Of a DNA stretch of 64,000 nt, positions 20,635-31,667 are shown one piece after another. The notes below the pieces were generated by a model that ran no database searches, was not told the origin of the DNA, and saw nothing but the letters and a program-made list of their open reading frames with translations. How positions within the stretch are numbered: position 1 is the stretch's first letter; every line of letters starts with the position of its first letter. A program made the translations under genes and the position numbers. The stretch covers positions 1-64,000 of the forward strand of contig CAWBHS010000065.1 of assembly GCA_963788655.1 (NCBI GenBank), read 5' to 3'. This stretch comes from an uncultured Verrucomicrobiae bacterium (GTDB taxonomy: Bacteria; Verrucomicrobiota; Verrucomicrobiia; Limisphaerales; JAFGQR01).

Positions 20635-23477
20635 AGGGCCAAAAAAACCCAAATCCCCCAAATCCGTCGAATCCCTCAAGCACGCGGAGGATAAGCGGAA
20701 GAACATCCCCTCCGCCGAGCAGCAGTCCATCGTGCAGACGGAGCACGAGCAGCCGAAGTCCATCCGACTACCCGCGCAATACCGACCTCGACCCCCAGCT
20801 CGTCTGGCGCGGGAAGGATGAGCAGGACTGGAGCGACCTCGTTGTCCACGCCCCACCGCTTTACATCCAGGAAAAGGTCCATCCCAAGGTGCTGATTGAC
20901 GATTTGCTGCGCCAGACCAAGGAGACCAAGGCGCAAGAGCCCGGTTTCCAGACCGACCTCTTTGCCGACTTCAACGGCATGCCCAAAGGGCGTGGACAAG
21001 ACGGAGTTCTACCAGCACGACCAGAACTGGTCCAACCGCATGATCCTGGGCGACTCCCTCCAGGTCATGGCCAGCCTGGCCGAGCGCGAGGGCCTGCGCG
21101 GGCGCGTGCAGTGCATCTACTTCGACCCGCCCTACGGCATCAAGTTCAACAGCAACTTCCAGTGGTCCACCACCAGCCGCGACGTGAAGGACGGCAACGC
21201 CGGCCACATCACCCGCGAGCCCGAGCAGGTCAAAGCCTTCCGCGACACCTGGCGCGACGGCATCCACAGCTACCTCACCTATCTGCGTGATCGGTTGACA
21301 GTGGCTCGTGATCTTGTTGACCGATTCCGGCTCCATCTTCGTGCAGATCGGCGATGAAAATGTCCACCGCGTCCGGGCGGTGATGGATGAGGTGTTTGGG
21401 AAGACAATTTCGTCTCCAAATCACTTCGACGATATGCGGATGGCCATCGGACGTTCAAAGCGTCACCAACATCATTGGTGGTATGCAAAGTCCAAGCGCA
21501 TTTCAAATACCGCGGCTGTCAAGCGTCTAAGACGAGGTGATCAGGTTCGATTTACCTGCTTACGCGAAGAGACGTTCGCCTACCATCCGGAACAAACTGA
21601 CGCGACGATCCGTCGATGCTTTCCGACTGCGTTCAAGAGGTCCGGTTGTCGGATACACCCCAGTTGCGCAATCCGAGATTTCACTCAAAATGGATTCGAG
21701 ACAGTGCTGGCAATCGTTGGAACAATCGTCGGAATCGAACGACTGAGAGGGCGAGCATTCACTGGAAAGTCAGCGTTCGACATCGCCTTCCTGTCGACTA
21801 TCCGCATGCGAGCGATAACATTTGGGCAGACACCGTCATTCGTGCCGACAAATGTATATCGTCAGACGGACCATCGTCATCAACGCTGCCTCCTCATGTG
21901 ACCATGACCCCGGCGACCTCGTGCTGGACCCGACCTGCGGTTCCGGCACCACCGCCACCGTCGCCGAGCAATGGGGCCGCCGCTGGATCACGATTGACAC
22001 TTCGCGCGTGGCGCTGGCGCTGGCCCGTGCCCGCATCATGGGCGCGCGTTATCCCTTTTACCTGCTGGCCGATTCCCGCGAGGGCCAGATCAAGGAAGCC
22101 GAAGTCACCCGCACCGCGCCGAGTTCGCAGCCCGTGCAGGGGAACATCCGCCACGGCTTCGTCTATGAGCGCGTGCCGCACATCACCCTCAAGTCCATCG
22201 CCAACAACGCGGAGATCGATGTCATCTGGGACCAGTGGCAGGCGAAACTGGAGCCGTTGCGCGAGAAGCTGAACGCCGCGCTCAAGCAGACCTGGCAGGA
22301 GTGGGAGATACCGCGCGAGCTTCCCCCTGAATATTGTAGCAGCCGACGTGAGGAGGCTCATACTTCTTCCGGGAAAAGTCAGAGCCTCGTTACCTCGTCT
22401 GCTACCGAGATTGAGAAGCTGCACGCCGACTGGTGGCAGGCCCGCATCGCCCGGCAGCAGGAGATCGACAAGTCCATCGCGGCCAAGGCCGAGTTTGAAT
22501 ACCTTTACGACAAGCCCTACGACGACAAGAAGATCGTCCGCGTGGCCGGTCCCTTCACCGTGGAGAGCCTCAGCCCCCATCGCGTCCTGGGCGTGGATGA
22601 AGACGATGAATTGATCGACTCGCTGAAAGAGGACAGCACCGAATACGGAGCCAAGCAATCCTTCCCCCAAATGATCCTGGAGAACCTCAAGACCGCCGGC
22701 GTGCAGCAGGCGCACAAGGAGGACCGCATTGTGTTCGATTCGTTGACGCTCTGGCCGGGCGAGGGAATGATCTGCGCGGTCGGCACGTTTGAAGCCAGTG
22801 ATGAGTGGCTGGGGGCTGGTGCTTCGTCCCAAGCCACAAACCACAAATCACAAACCACTGCCCGCAAAGCGGGCATCTTCATTGGTCCAGAATTCGGCAC
22901 GGTCACCCGTCCCGATCTTGTGGAGGCCGCCCGCGAGTGTGGCGACGCGGGGTTCGATGTATTGATCGCCTGCGCCTTCAACTACGAGGCGCACGCCACG
23001 GAGTTCAGCAAGCTGGGCCGCATCCCCGTGCTCAAGGCCCGCATGAACGCCGACCTGCACATGGCCGAAGACCTCAAAAACACCGGCAAAGGAAATCTCT
23101 TCGTCATCTTCGGTGAGCCGGACATCACGCTCATCAACGACAAGGACGGCAGGCTGCGCGTGAAAGTGAACGGCGTGGACGTGTTTAAACCCCAGACCGG
23201 CGAAGTGGTCAGCCACGGCGCCGACGGCATCGCCTGCTGGTTCATCGACACCGACTACAACGAAGAAAGTTTCTTCGTCCGCCACGCCTACTTCCTCGGC
23301 GCGAACGACCCGTATTCCGCGCTGAAGACGACCCTGAAAGCGGAGATCAACGCAGAGGCATGGGCGACGTTGAACAGCGACACGTCACGGCCTTTCGGAA
23401 AGCCCAAGTCCGGCCGCATCGCCGTGAAGGTGATCAATCACTTGGGAGACGAGGTGATGAAAGTGTTTAAGGTGTGA
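20635..23477 (+). CDS. Site-specific N6-adenine DNA methyltransferase (Mod, beta-type motif order); 5' half frameshifted, start uncertain
   Basis: [33 protein letters not shown] (motif IV), [11 protein letters not shown] (motif I), C-terminal [16 protein letters not shown]. Confidence 0.85.
22336..22405. repeat. GTAG-type palindromic REP/MITE-like element, in frame inside the methyltransferase
   Basis: Left arm GTAGCAGCCGACGTGAGGAGGCTC; right arm GAGCCTCGTTACCTCGTCTGCTAC (20/24 complementary). Confidence 0.8.
22797..22859. repeat. Inverted heptamer-repeat element in frame inside the methyltransferase
   Basis: agtgatg-agtggct-gggggct ... gccacaa-accacaa-atcacaa-accact, translated as [21 protein letters not shown]. 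Confidence 0.5.
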
Positions 23478-23527
23478 CTGGACTCGACTGGCGAACAATC
23501 TGCCTGTAGCTTACTGACGAACCGCAA

Positions 23528-24634
23528 ATGAAATCTGAGTTTATCCAACCCCGGTTTGAGGGTGCCCGCTTCGCGGAGCACACCCTGCCCTTGGACGTGG
23601 CCAAGGATTTAGCTGCCTACGAGACATTGCTGGTGGAGTTGGCAAAGCACCTCTACCTGAAAGACCACCCGGAACGGCAACGTGTCCTCAAGGGGTTTGC
23701 GGCGGACTTTCACCTGCATTTGGAACGGGTCGATGACGGCTGCGCCCGAACGATGCTGTCGCTGGTTACCGCCGGCACGCTGGCGCTGGGAGCGGGGGCA
23801 AACACCTATTTTGAGCGTGCGCGCGATTTGATCACTGAGTGTGTTGGCGCCCCGGATGGGCAACTGCCGCCAGACTTTCCGCAAGAACTTCTGGCGTATT
23901 TCAATCAGATTGGTCGCTCGCTCAATGCGGATGAACGCATGGAACTGCCGGTGGCAGGCGCGCGACCGGCAGTCCTGACGCCGGAGCGGCGCAAGCGGTT
24001 GGTGCTGGCCGCCAATGCCGTTTACGAGCAGCCCATCGAACTTGTCGGCACCGTCGTGGAGGCGAACTGGGAGAAATCATCGTTTCAGTTACGGCAAATG
24101 GCCGGCGATCCGGCAGTGGTTGTGGTGCCGATGCCCGACGCGTTTCACGGACAGGCGCGGAATTTCGGAGGTCGCGACCGCCATCAGATTACGGTCAAGG
24201 GCGTGGGCGCATTTGATTCGTGGGATCGACTTCAGAAGATTGTTTCCGTCGAGTCGCTGGAGGTGCAACCGGATTACCACCTCGCTGGCAGGTTTGACGA
24301 ATTGCGTAGTCTGGATGCTGGCTGGCATGACGGTCAGGGAGTTGCGCTGGACCGAAGCAAGCTGGACCAAGTGGCCGCGAAGATGGTCGGGCACTACCCC
24401 GAGAAATTGCCTTTGCCTGCCATTGTGCCAACGCCTGAAGGCAACCTCTTGTTCGAATGGAACACTCCCAGCGAACCGTCACTGGACCTGAATCTTGCGA
24501 CGCTGGCGGGTGCATTTCATGCCTTTGACCCCGAGAAGGGCGATTTGGAGCACGAATTCAAGCTCTCGGAATCAGACGAGTGGCCGAAACTGTTCTCCTT
24601 TCTGACACACAACCTCGGCCAAGTCTCCGTATGA
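23528..24634 (+). CDS. Hypothetical protein, 368 aa (defence-island gene)
   Basis: Intact ORF. C-terminal LRSLDAGWHDGQG...PAIVPTPEGNLLFEW module. ATGA overlap with the next gene. Confidence 0.75.
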   Translation: MKSEFIQPRFEGARFAEHTLPLDVAKDLAAYETLLVELAKHLYLKDHPERQRVLKGFAADFHLHLERVDDGCARTMLSLVTAGTLALGAGANTYFERARDLITECVGAPDGQLPPDFPQELLAYFNQIGRSLNADERMELPVAGARPAVLTPERRKRLVLAANAVYEQPIELVGTVVEANWEKSSFQLRQMAGDPAVVVVPMPDAFHGQARNFGGRDRHQITVKGVGAFDSWDRLQKIVSVESLEVQPDYHLAGRFDELRSLDAGWHDGQGVALDRSKLDQVAAKMVGHYPEKLPLPAIVPTPEGNLLFEWNTPSEPSLDLNLATLAGAFHAFDPEKGDLEHEFKLSESDEWPKLFSFLTHNLGQVSV

Positions 24635-25014
24635 ATGTTGATACGTTGCTCCTCCGCCAAGCACATCCGAATTTCGTGGACGGAGATCTGCCAACCAGTC
24701 AGGTCTTCATGCCGAATTCTGAAGACCAAGGGCGGATGTCCGCATACGATGGTGATCAAATTAGTCCGAGCGACGCTCACGCTCACTACACCGGCACCTT
24801 GAAGAAGCAATCCCACAGCGTCTGGGCGGTATCGAAAGGCGAGGCCGACAGCAATTCCGTTCCTGCTTCGCCTGACCCGCTTCCTGATTTCCCATCGCAC
24901 TCAAAGATTGATTTTAGTCAGTTACCGGAGACTCGTTGGCGCAGAGTAGCCAAGAAGCTTAAGGCGCTGGCCATTGCTCGCGGATGCCAGTTCAAGGCAG
25001 ACTCACTTGCGTAG
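24631..25014 (+). CDS. Hypothetical protein, 127 aa, possible ADP-ribosyltransferase-like (Tse2/RES-like) fold
   Basis: ATG 24631 overlaps the upstream stop. Pattern LLR...FxP..DxGxMSxY...W.V...PDP....H resembles minimal ART-fold toxins (fold is inference). Confidence 0.65.
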   Translation: MNVDTLLLRQAHPNFVDGDLPTSQVFMPNSEDQGRMSAYDGDQISPSDAHAHYTGTLKKQSHSVWAVSKGEADSNSVPASPDPLPDFPSHSKIDFSQLPETRWRRVAKKLKALAIARGCQFKADSLA

Positions 25015-25024
25015 TCAGCCCGCC

Positions 25025-25100
25025 ATGGACTTCCGAATCGCCGATACCTTCACCGACAGCCTTGCTCGCCGGAACGGCGAGGAGCAAAAGGCCGTAAGAA
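25025..25100 (+). pseudogene. N-terminal stub of a UvrD-like defence-associated helicase
   Basis: Hand translation MDFRIADTFTDSLARRNGEEQKAV, matching from memory the N-terminus of helicases found beside this RM type; similarity then stops. Confidence 0.55.
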
Positions 25101-25452
25101 GAAATTGAATCCGTCGCTGCGTGGCTGGCTGAGCACGAGAAAGCCGGAGTGCTTCCCCATGAGTTTGGTGTCTTTGTTCGCTCAGCAGGTCAATTGGACC
25201 GCGCCAAAGCCGCGGTCCAAGAGTCAGGATTGCCCTTCAAGATTCTCGACGATCACGTCCAGACATCCAGCGGTCACGTGTCAACACTTCGGTTATCATG
25301 AGCGGAATCGACCTGAGGTTGGCTGGCGTGGTTAATCGGTCGGCAAGAACTCGGCGCTGCGGCTGCATACCGAGCCTGTGGATAATCTGAAGCCAGCCAA
25401 GTGGGCCGGCAACTTGCCCCGCCCGCTCGCCCCGACTAACATTGGAGGCACA

Positions 25453-28400
25453 ATGACGAAATCAGCGCCGATGCCAGTCATCCGTTTGCAGGGTGTGCGG
25501 CACAACAATTTGAAGAATTTCGACCTCAACCTCCCGTTGGGGCGGCTGATCGTCATTACCGGGTTGAGCGGCTCGGGTAAAAGCTCCCTGGCCTTCGACA
25601 CGCTCTACGCCGAAGGCCAACGGCGCTACATCGAGACGTTTTCCCCTTACGCCCGCCAGTTCTTTGACCGCATGGACAAGCCGCAGGTGGACCGCATCGA
25701 AGGCATTCCGCCGGCGATCGCCATCGAGCAGCGCAACACCGTGCGCACCACGCGCTCCACCGTGGGCACCATGACCGAGTTGTGCGACTACCTGAAGCTC
25801 CTGTGGCCGCACATGGCGCAACTGCACTGCCGCCAGTGCGGCCAGCCTGTCCGCAAGGAACCGCCGCAATCCGTTTGGGAGACTGTGACCGCCCGGCTGC
25901 AAACAGATTGCGAAGTGCCTCATTACCTTCGACGTGCCGTTGTCGGAAAAGCTGTCGCTGGCGGATTCGTTGGGGCTGGTTGCCAAGCAAGGCTACCAAC
26001 GCCTGCTGGTCGAGGGCCAGGTGATCCGCGTGGACGATGTTCCCGCGCACTTCGCGTCCGACGCCACGCAACTGACGATTGTTCAGGACCGCTGCAAACT
26101 GGCTTCGGATCAGCGGGCCCGCTTCATCGAAGCCTGCGAACAAGCCTATCATTTCGGCAAAGGCAAACTGGCGGTGCATGCTTTGACGTCGGCGGTGGGC
26201 AACGCGTCGCTTGCCATTGCCGAAAAGCTGCCATTTTCCAGTCGCCTTCATTGCGCCACCTGCGACCTGGATTATCACGATCCCTCGCCGGCGCTGTTTA
26301 GTTACAATCATCCGGTCGGTGCGTGCCCGCACTGCAAAGGCTTTGGCCGCATCATCTCCATCGATTACCATCTCGCGGTCCCGGACCGTTCGTTGAGCTT
26401 GGCGCAAGGTGCGGTCAAGCCCTGGCGCCACGGCTTCAGCGCCGAATGCCAGGATGACCTGCGGAAGTTTTGTCGCCTTCGTAAAGTGCCGATGAACGTG
26501 CCGTTCGAAGACCTGCCATCCGCGCAGCAAACCTGGGTGATTGACGGCGATCCCGGTTACGGCACGGACGACGCGCACCAATGGCCGCGAGCCTGGTACG
26601 GCGTCAAAGGTTACTTCCGCTGGCTGGAGAGCAAATCCTACAAGATGCACGTGCGCGTGCTGCTGTCCCGCTACCGCGCCTACACGACCTGCCCGGAATG
26701 CCAGGGCAAACGGTTCCAGCCGGAGACGCTGCTCTACCGCATCCCCGTGAACGCAAACGTGCCGCCGCCGGCGCCTGTTCGCCGCGGCAAGAATGGTAAA
26801 TCGTCCGACAACGGGCTGGTTTCCCATATCAAATCGGAGGATTTGACTCTGGCCGATCTCTACGCCCTGCCAATCGACGGGGCGCTCCGAGTGATCGAGC
26901 AACTTGTCACCGAGCATTCGTTCGCGCCCAACGATCCGTTGACCCTCGTCCTCGAAGAAGTCCGCGCCCGCTTGCGCTATCTCGTCGAAGTTGGCCTGGG
27001 CTACCTGACGCTTGATCGCACCACCCGCTCGCTGTCGGGTGGCGAAACCGAGCGCGTCAACCTGACCACCTGCCTCGGCACACGATTGGTCAACACACTC
27101 TTCGTATTGGACGAACCCAGCGTCGGCCTGCACCCGCGCGACACCGCCCGACTGGTCCACATTTTGGAACGGCTGCGCGACACCGGTAACTCGGTGGTCG
27201 TGGTCGAACACGAAGCGAACGTAATTCGCGCCGCCGACCAGATAGTCGATCTGGGTCCCGGCTCCGGCGAAGCCGGCGGACAAATCGTTTTTCAGGGGCC
27301 GATGGAAGCGATTCTGCACAGCGACCGCTCGCTGACTGGCCAATACTTGAGCGGGCAAAGGCAAATCGAAATTCCACCTCGCCGGTCGGTCAAAGTTGGA
27401 CCAAAGCGACTGAACGATCATTCCTCGCTAATCATCACTGGCGCCAATCGGCACAACCTCAAAAACCTGGCGGTCGAAATTCCGTTGCAGCGGTTTGTTT
27501 GCCTAACGGGGGTGAGTGGCTCGGGCAAGACCACGTTGGTCCGCGACGTATTGCTGCCGGCACTCGAATCCCAGTTGAAATGCGGCCTGGGCGAACGCAA
27601 AGCCTCGGACCGCATGGACGACCATCACGAGCGCGAAGACCAGGAAACGACGCTTGCCCCCGGAACGGCGAGCGCGCAAGCCAAAGTGGTCGGCGGCGAC
27701 CCACTCGCGCGCGTCGTGTTGGTGGACCAATCGCCGCTGGGCAAATCGCCGCGATCCAATCCGGCGGTCTATACGGGGGCCTTCGATCACATTCGCGAAC
27801 TCTTCGCCCAAACTGAGATGGCCCGGCAACGCGGACTGAAGGCCAGCGCGTTCAGCTTCAATTCGGCCCAGGGCCAGTGCGAACGCTGCCGTGGCGTCGG
27901 CTTCGAAAAAGTCGAAATGCAGTTTCTTAGCGACGTGTTCATCCGTTGCCCCGCCTGCAACGGCCGGCGCTACCGGGAACACATTCTCGAAGTGAAGGTT
28001 GAGGGCCATTGGACGTCTTCCCTCCGCGCTGTATCCATCGCTGATTTGCTGGAAGCCACCGTGGATGAAACCATCGCCTTTTTCTCCCCGATGAGCGACA
28101 GCCGACCGGCGCAGCGGGCGGTGGCGAACCTGAAACTGCTTCAGGAGGTCGGTCTGGGTTATCTCCGTCTGGGCCAGCCCATCAACACGCTCAGTGGGGG
28201 TGAAAGTCAGCGGCTCAAACTGGTCAGTCATCTGGCTGAGTCCGCTGTGGCGGCGGTGCCAGGCCCGCGCGCCAAATCGAAGTCCGGCAAGCCGGAACCG
28301 CCGCCGCCCCCCGCCCAGCGGCACACCCTCTTCTTGTTCGACGAGCCCACGACCGGCTTGCATTTCCACGACGTGGGGGTGCTGCTCAAAGTCTTCCAAC

Positions 28401-31400
28401 GCCTCGTGGATGCCGGTCATTCACTGTTGGTGATCGAGCACAATCTCGACGTGATCAAATGCGCCGATTGGATCATCGACCTGGGACCCGAAGCCGGCGA
28501 ACGCGGCGGCCAGGTCGTTGCCAGCGGCACCCCGGAGGACATTGCCGCATGCGATGCCAGCCATACCGGCCAATTCCTGCGGACCGTCTTGCCAACACCG
28601 AAATCCCCTCGTGGCAGCCGACGTGAGGAGGCTCAAATTTCATCGAAAGACGATTCTGTTCTCGCCAAGAATGAGCCTCCTTACGTCGGCTGCTACGATT
28701 CTTCAGACAAGACCGTAAGTCCTACGGCTGGAGCTTTACGGGAAGCATCTACGTCCAGCGTCTCGCCGCGCGCTTTACCGACGGTCCATCGCAATTCGAG
28801 CATCACCATCCTCGGCGCGCGCGAGCACAATCTGAAGGATCTCGCTCTCGACATTCCGCGCGACCAATTCGTGGTCGTGACCGGCGTCAGCGGTTCGGGC
28901 AAAAGCACGCTGGCGTTTGACCTGTTGTTCGCCGAAGGCCAACGCCGGTTTCTCGATTCGATGAACACCTACGCCCGACAGTTCGTCGAGCAAATGGCGC
29001 GGCCCGACGTGGACCTCATTGCCGGACTGCCGCCGACGGTCAGCATCGAGCAGCGCACCACCCGCGGCGGCGGCAAGAGCACCGTGGCCACGGTGACCGA
29101 GGTGTACCATTTTCTGCGGCTGCTCTTTGCGCGGCTGGGGACGCAGCATTGTCCCGACTGCCAATTGCCGGTGGAGGCCCAGACCCGCGACCAACTCGCG
29201 CGCGGCCTGATGGCCGAACTCAAACAACGCGGCGCGCTGCGCCTGCTGGCGCCCGTCGTCCGCAACCGCAAAGGCTTTCACTCCGACGTAGCCGACTGGG
29301 CCGCCAAACATGGCTACGCCGAAATCCGCGCGGATGGAAAATTCTACGACACCGGGAAACCCTTTCGCCTCGACCGCTTCCGCGAACACGACGTGGAGAT
29401 TGCCGTGGGCCGCCTGGATTCCCGAGGCACGCGCTCCGGACGGCAACTCATCGAGGAAGCTCTCAAACTTGGCCAGGGCGCGCTCTTCGCCCTGGACCAG
29501 CGCGACAAGCTATCCATTCACTCGACCGAACGCGCCTGCCCTCGATGCAGCCGTTCGTTCGCGCCGCTGGATCCAAAGATGTTCAGCTACAATTCCGCGC
29601 AAGGTTGGTGTCCTCGTTGCCGCGGCTTCGGTGAAATCTTTTATATGCCGGAGGACGTGGATCGTGGAGAACGCGCCGATGCCATCGAGGAAACGTGGTT
29701 CCGATGGATGGAGGACCAACGAGAGGTGTGCCCGGAGTGTCACGGCGCGCGCTTGAATCCCATTGCGCGAGCAGTCCGCTTGTCGCCGGCCGATTCCCGA
29801 CTGAGCCTCTCCAAGTCGCGGGCCGGCGCAACGATTGACGACATTTCGCAACTGGCCGTCGAGCCGGCCTACGACGTTTTCCGCTGCCTCAAATTCAAAG
29901 GGCGCGCCGCGGCGATTGCGCGGGACATCCTGCCGGAAATTGCGGAACGGCTCAAATTCCTCACCGACGTCGGACTCGGTTACCTCCAATTAGGCCGCGG
30001 CGTGACCACCCTCAGCGGCGGTGAAGCCCAACGCATCCGGCTGGCGGCGCAACTGGGCTCGAATCTTAGCGGCGTGCTCTATGTGCTGGACGAGCCAACG
30101 ATTGGTCTGCACGCGCGGGACAACGAACAACTGCTCGGCGCGCTGGCGCAGCTCCGTTCGCGCGGCAATTCGCTGGTGGTCGTCGAGCACGACGAAGACA
30201 CCATGCGCCACGCGGACTACATCATCGATCTCGGTCCCGGGGCGGGCATCCATGGCGGGCAACTGGTGGCTGGCGGCACGTTGGACGAACTGCTGCGCCA
30301 CGACGAGTCGGTCACCGGCCAATGCTTGCGGGCGCAGGAAACCAAGCAATATCCAACGCGCGGCCAACGGCGGCCGGTCAACGGCGGAAGATCATCTCGC
30401 GGGTCACGGCCTGCCAACAGCCGTGGCTCATCCGTAAATGGCACTACTCGCATTCGGAGCAGGCAACCAGCCACTCAGTGGTTGGTGTTCCGCAAAGCGG
30501 CGGTCCACAATTTGAAGAACCTCACGGTCCAGTTTCCTTTGAACCGGCTGGTACTAATCACGGGCGTCAGCGGCTCCGGCAAAAGCACCCTGGTTCGCGA
30601 ATGCCTGTTGCCCGCGCTGAATGAAGCGCTCAAACCGCGCCGGTCGCGTGCCGCGGCGACGAAGGGGACGCTCACTGGCTACGAAGCGCTTAAGGCGGTC
30701 TATGAGGTTGATCAATCGCCCATTGGCCGGACGCCGCGTTCGGTGCCGGCCACCTACGTGGGTTTCTTCGACGAGATTCGCCGCCTGTTTGCCCAGACGC
30801 CCGAGGCCCGTTTGCGCGGCTATGGGCCGGGACGATTTTCCTTCAACAGCAAACAAGGCCGTTGCCCCGAATGCGAAGGCGCGGGCATCATCAAACTGGA
30901 AATGAACTTCCTGCCGCCCGCGTTTGTGCGCTGCGAACGCTGCGGGGGCTCGCGCTTCAATCGCGAAACGCTCGACATCGAATACGCCGGCAAGACCATC
31001 GCGCAGGTGCTCGAAATGAGCGTCGAGGAAGCGCTCCGGTTCTTCTCCGGCATTCCCAAAATCCGGCGGGCGCTCGAAGCCCTGCACGACACCGGCCTCG
31101 ACTATTTGAAGCTGGGCCAAACCAGCCCAACGCTGAGCGGCGGCGAAGCACAACGGGTGAAGCTGGTAACGCATTTGCTGACCGGCTTAAAGCCGCAGCT
31201 CGAATTGACTGATCCCAACGACCCGAAGCAGAAACGCAATCTCTTCATCCTGGAAGAACCGACCATCGGCTTGCACATCGCGGACGTGCGCCGCTTGGTC
31301 GAAGTGCTGCAACGGTTGGTGGACGCCGGACATTCCGTGATCGTCATCGAGCACAATCTCGACCTCATTGCCGAGGCGGACTGGGTGATTGACCTGGGCC

Positions 31401-31522
31401 CGGAAGGCGGCGATGACGGTGGCCGAATTGTGATGGCCGGCACACCTGAAGAGATCGCCCGTCACCGGCCCTCGCACACGGGGCGGTTCTTGCGGAAGAT
31501 GTTGAAACGGCGAAAACGTTGA
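25453..31522 (+). CDS. uvrA: Double-length (tandem-fused) excinuclease ABC subunit A; one frameshift near 25917
   Basis: GGAGG RBS before ATG 25453. Four Walker A motifs ([24 protein letters not shown] x2), four LSGGE signatures, multiple CxxC zinc modules. Confidence 0.93.
28611..28696. repeat. GTAG-type palindromic REP/MITE-like element, in frame in the uvrA inter-module linker
   Basis: Left arm GTGGCAGCCGACGTGAGGAGGCTC (23/24 identical to the 22336 copy); right arm GAGCCTCCTTACGTCGGCTGCTAC. Confidence 0.85.
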
Positions 31523-31596
31523 AGGAGTTAAGTTTTCGTTTGCGCCCACCGTTTGCACCGGGTGAAGATGCTCGGCATCCGTGGTGCGCAATTCGC

Positions 31597-31640
31597 TTTG
31601 GGGCTTGGGAATTGGGACTTTTCCGGAGCTTGGTCATTAG
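31597..31640. repeat. Degenerate TTGG(N3) heptamer repeat
   Basis: tttggggcttgggaattgggacttttccggagcttggtcatt; ends in the same TTGGTCATT as the element at 57061-57202. Confidence 0.55.
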
Positions 31641-31667
31641 TCCAGCGATGGGCAATCCCGGCTAAAC

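Larger units (their letters stand above)
14932..25100. mobile_element. Putative tRNA-Gln-linked defence island (right boundary approximate)
   Basis: AT-rich stretch and integrase remnant directly after the tRNA, then RM/DUF262/unknown genes, ending in a truncated helicase before uvrA. No attR copy seen. Confidence 0.6.

Noticed and set aside
25100..25450. attR duplicate of the tRNA-Gln 3' end
   Set aside because: No copy of GGTTCGAATCCTGGTCGGACAGCCA was found here by eye.
25556..27421. 621-aa minus-strand ORF
   Set aside because: Antisense shadow of uvrA.
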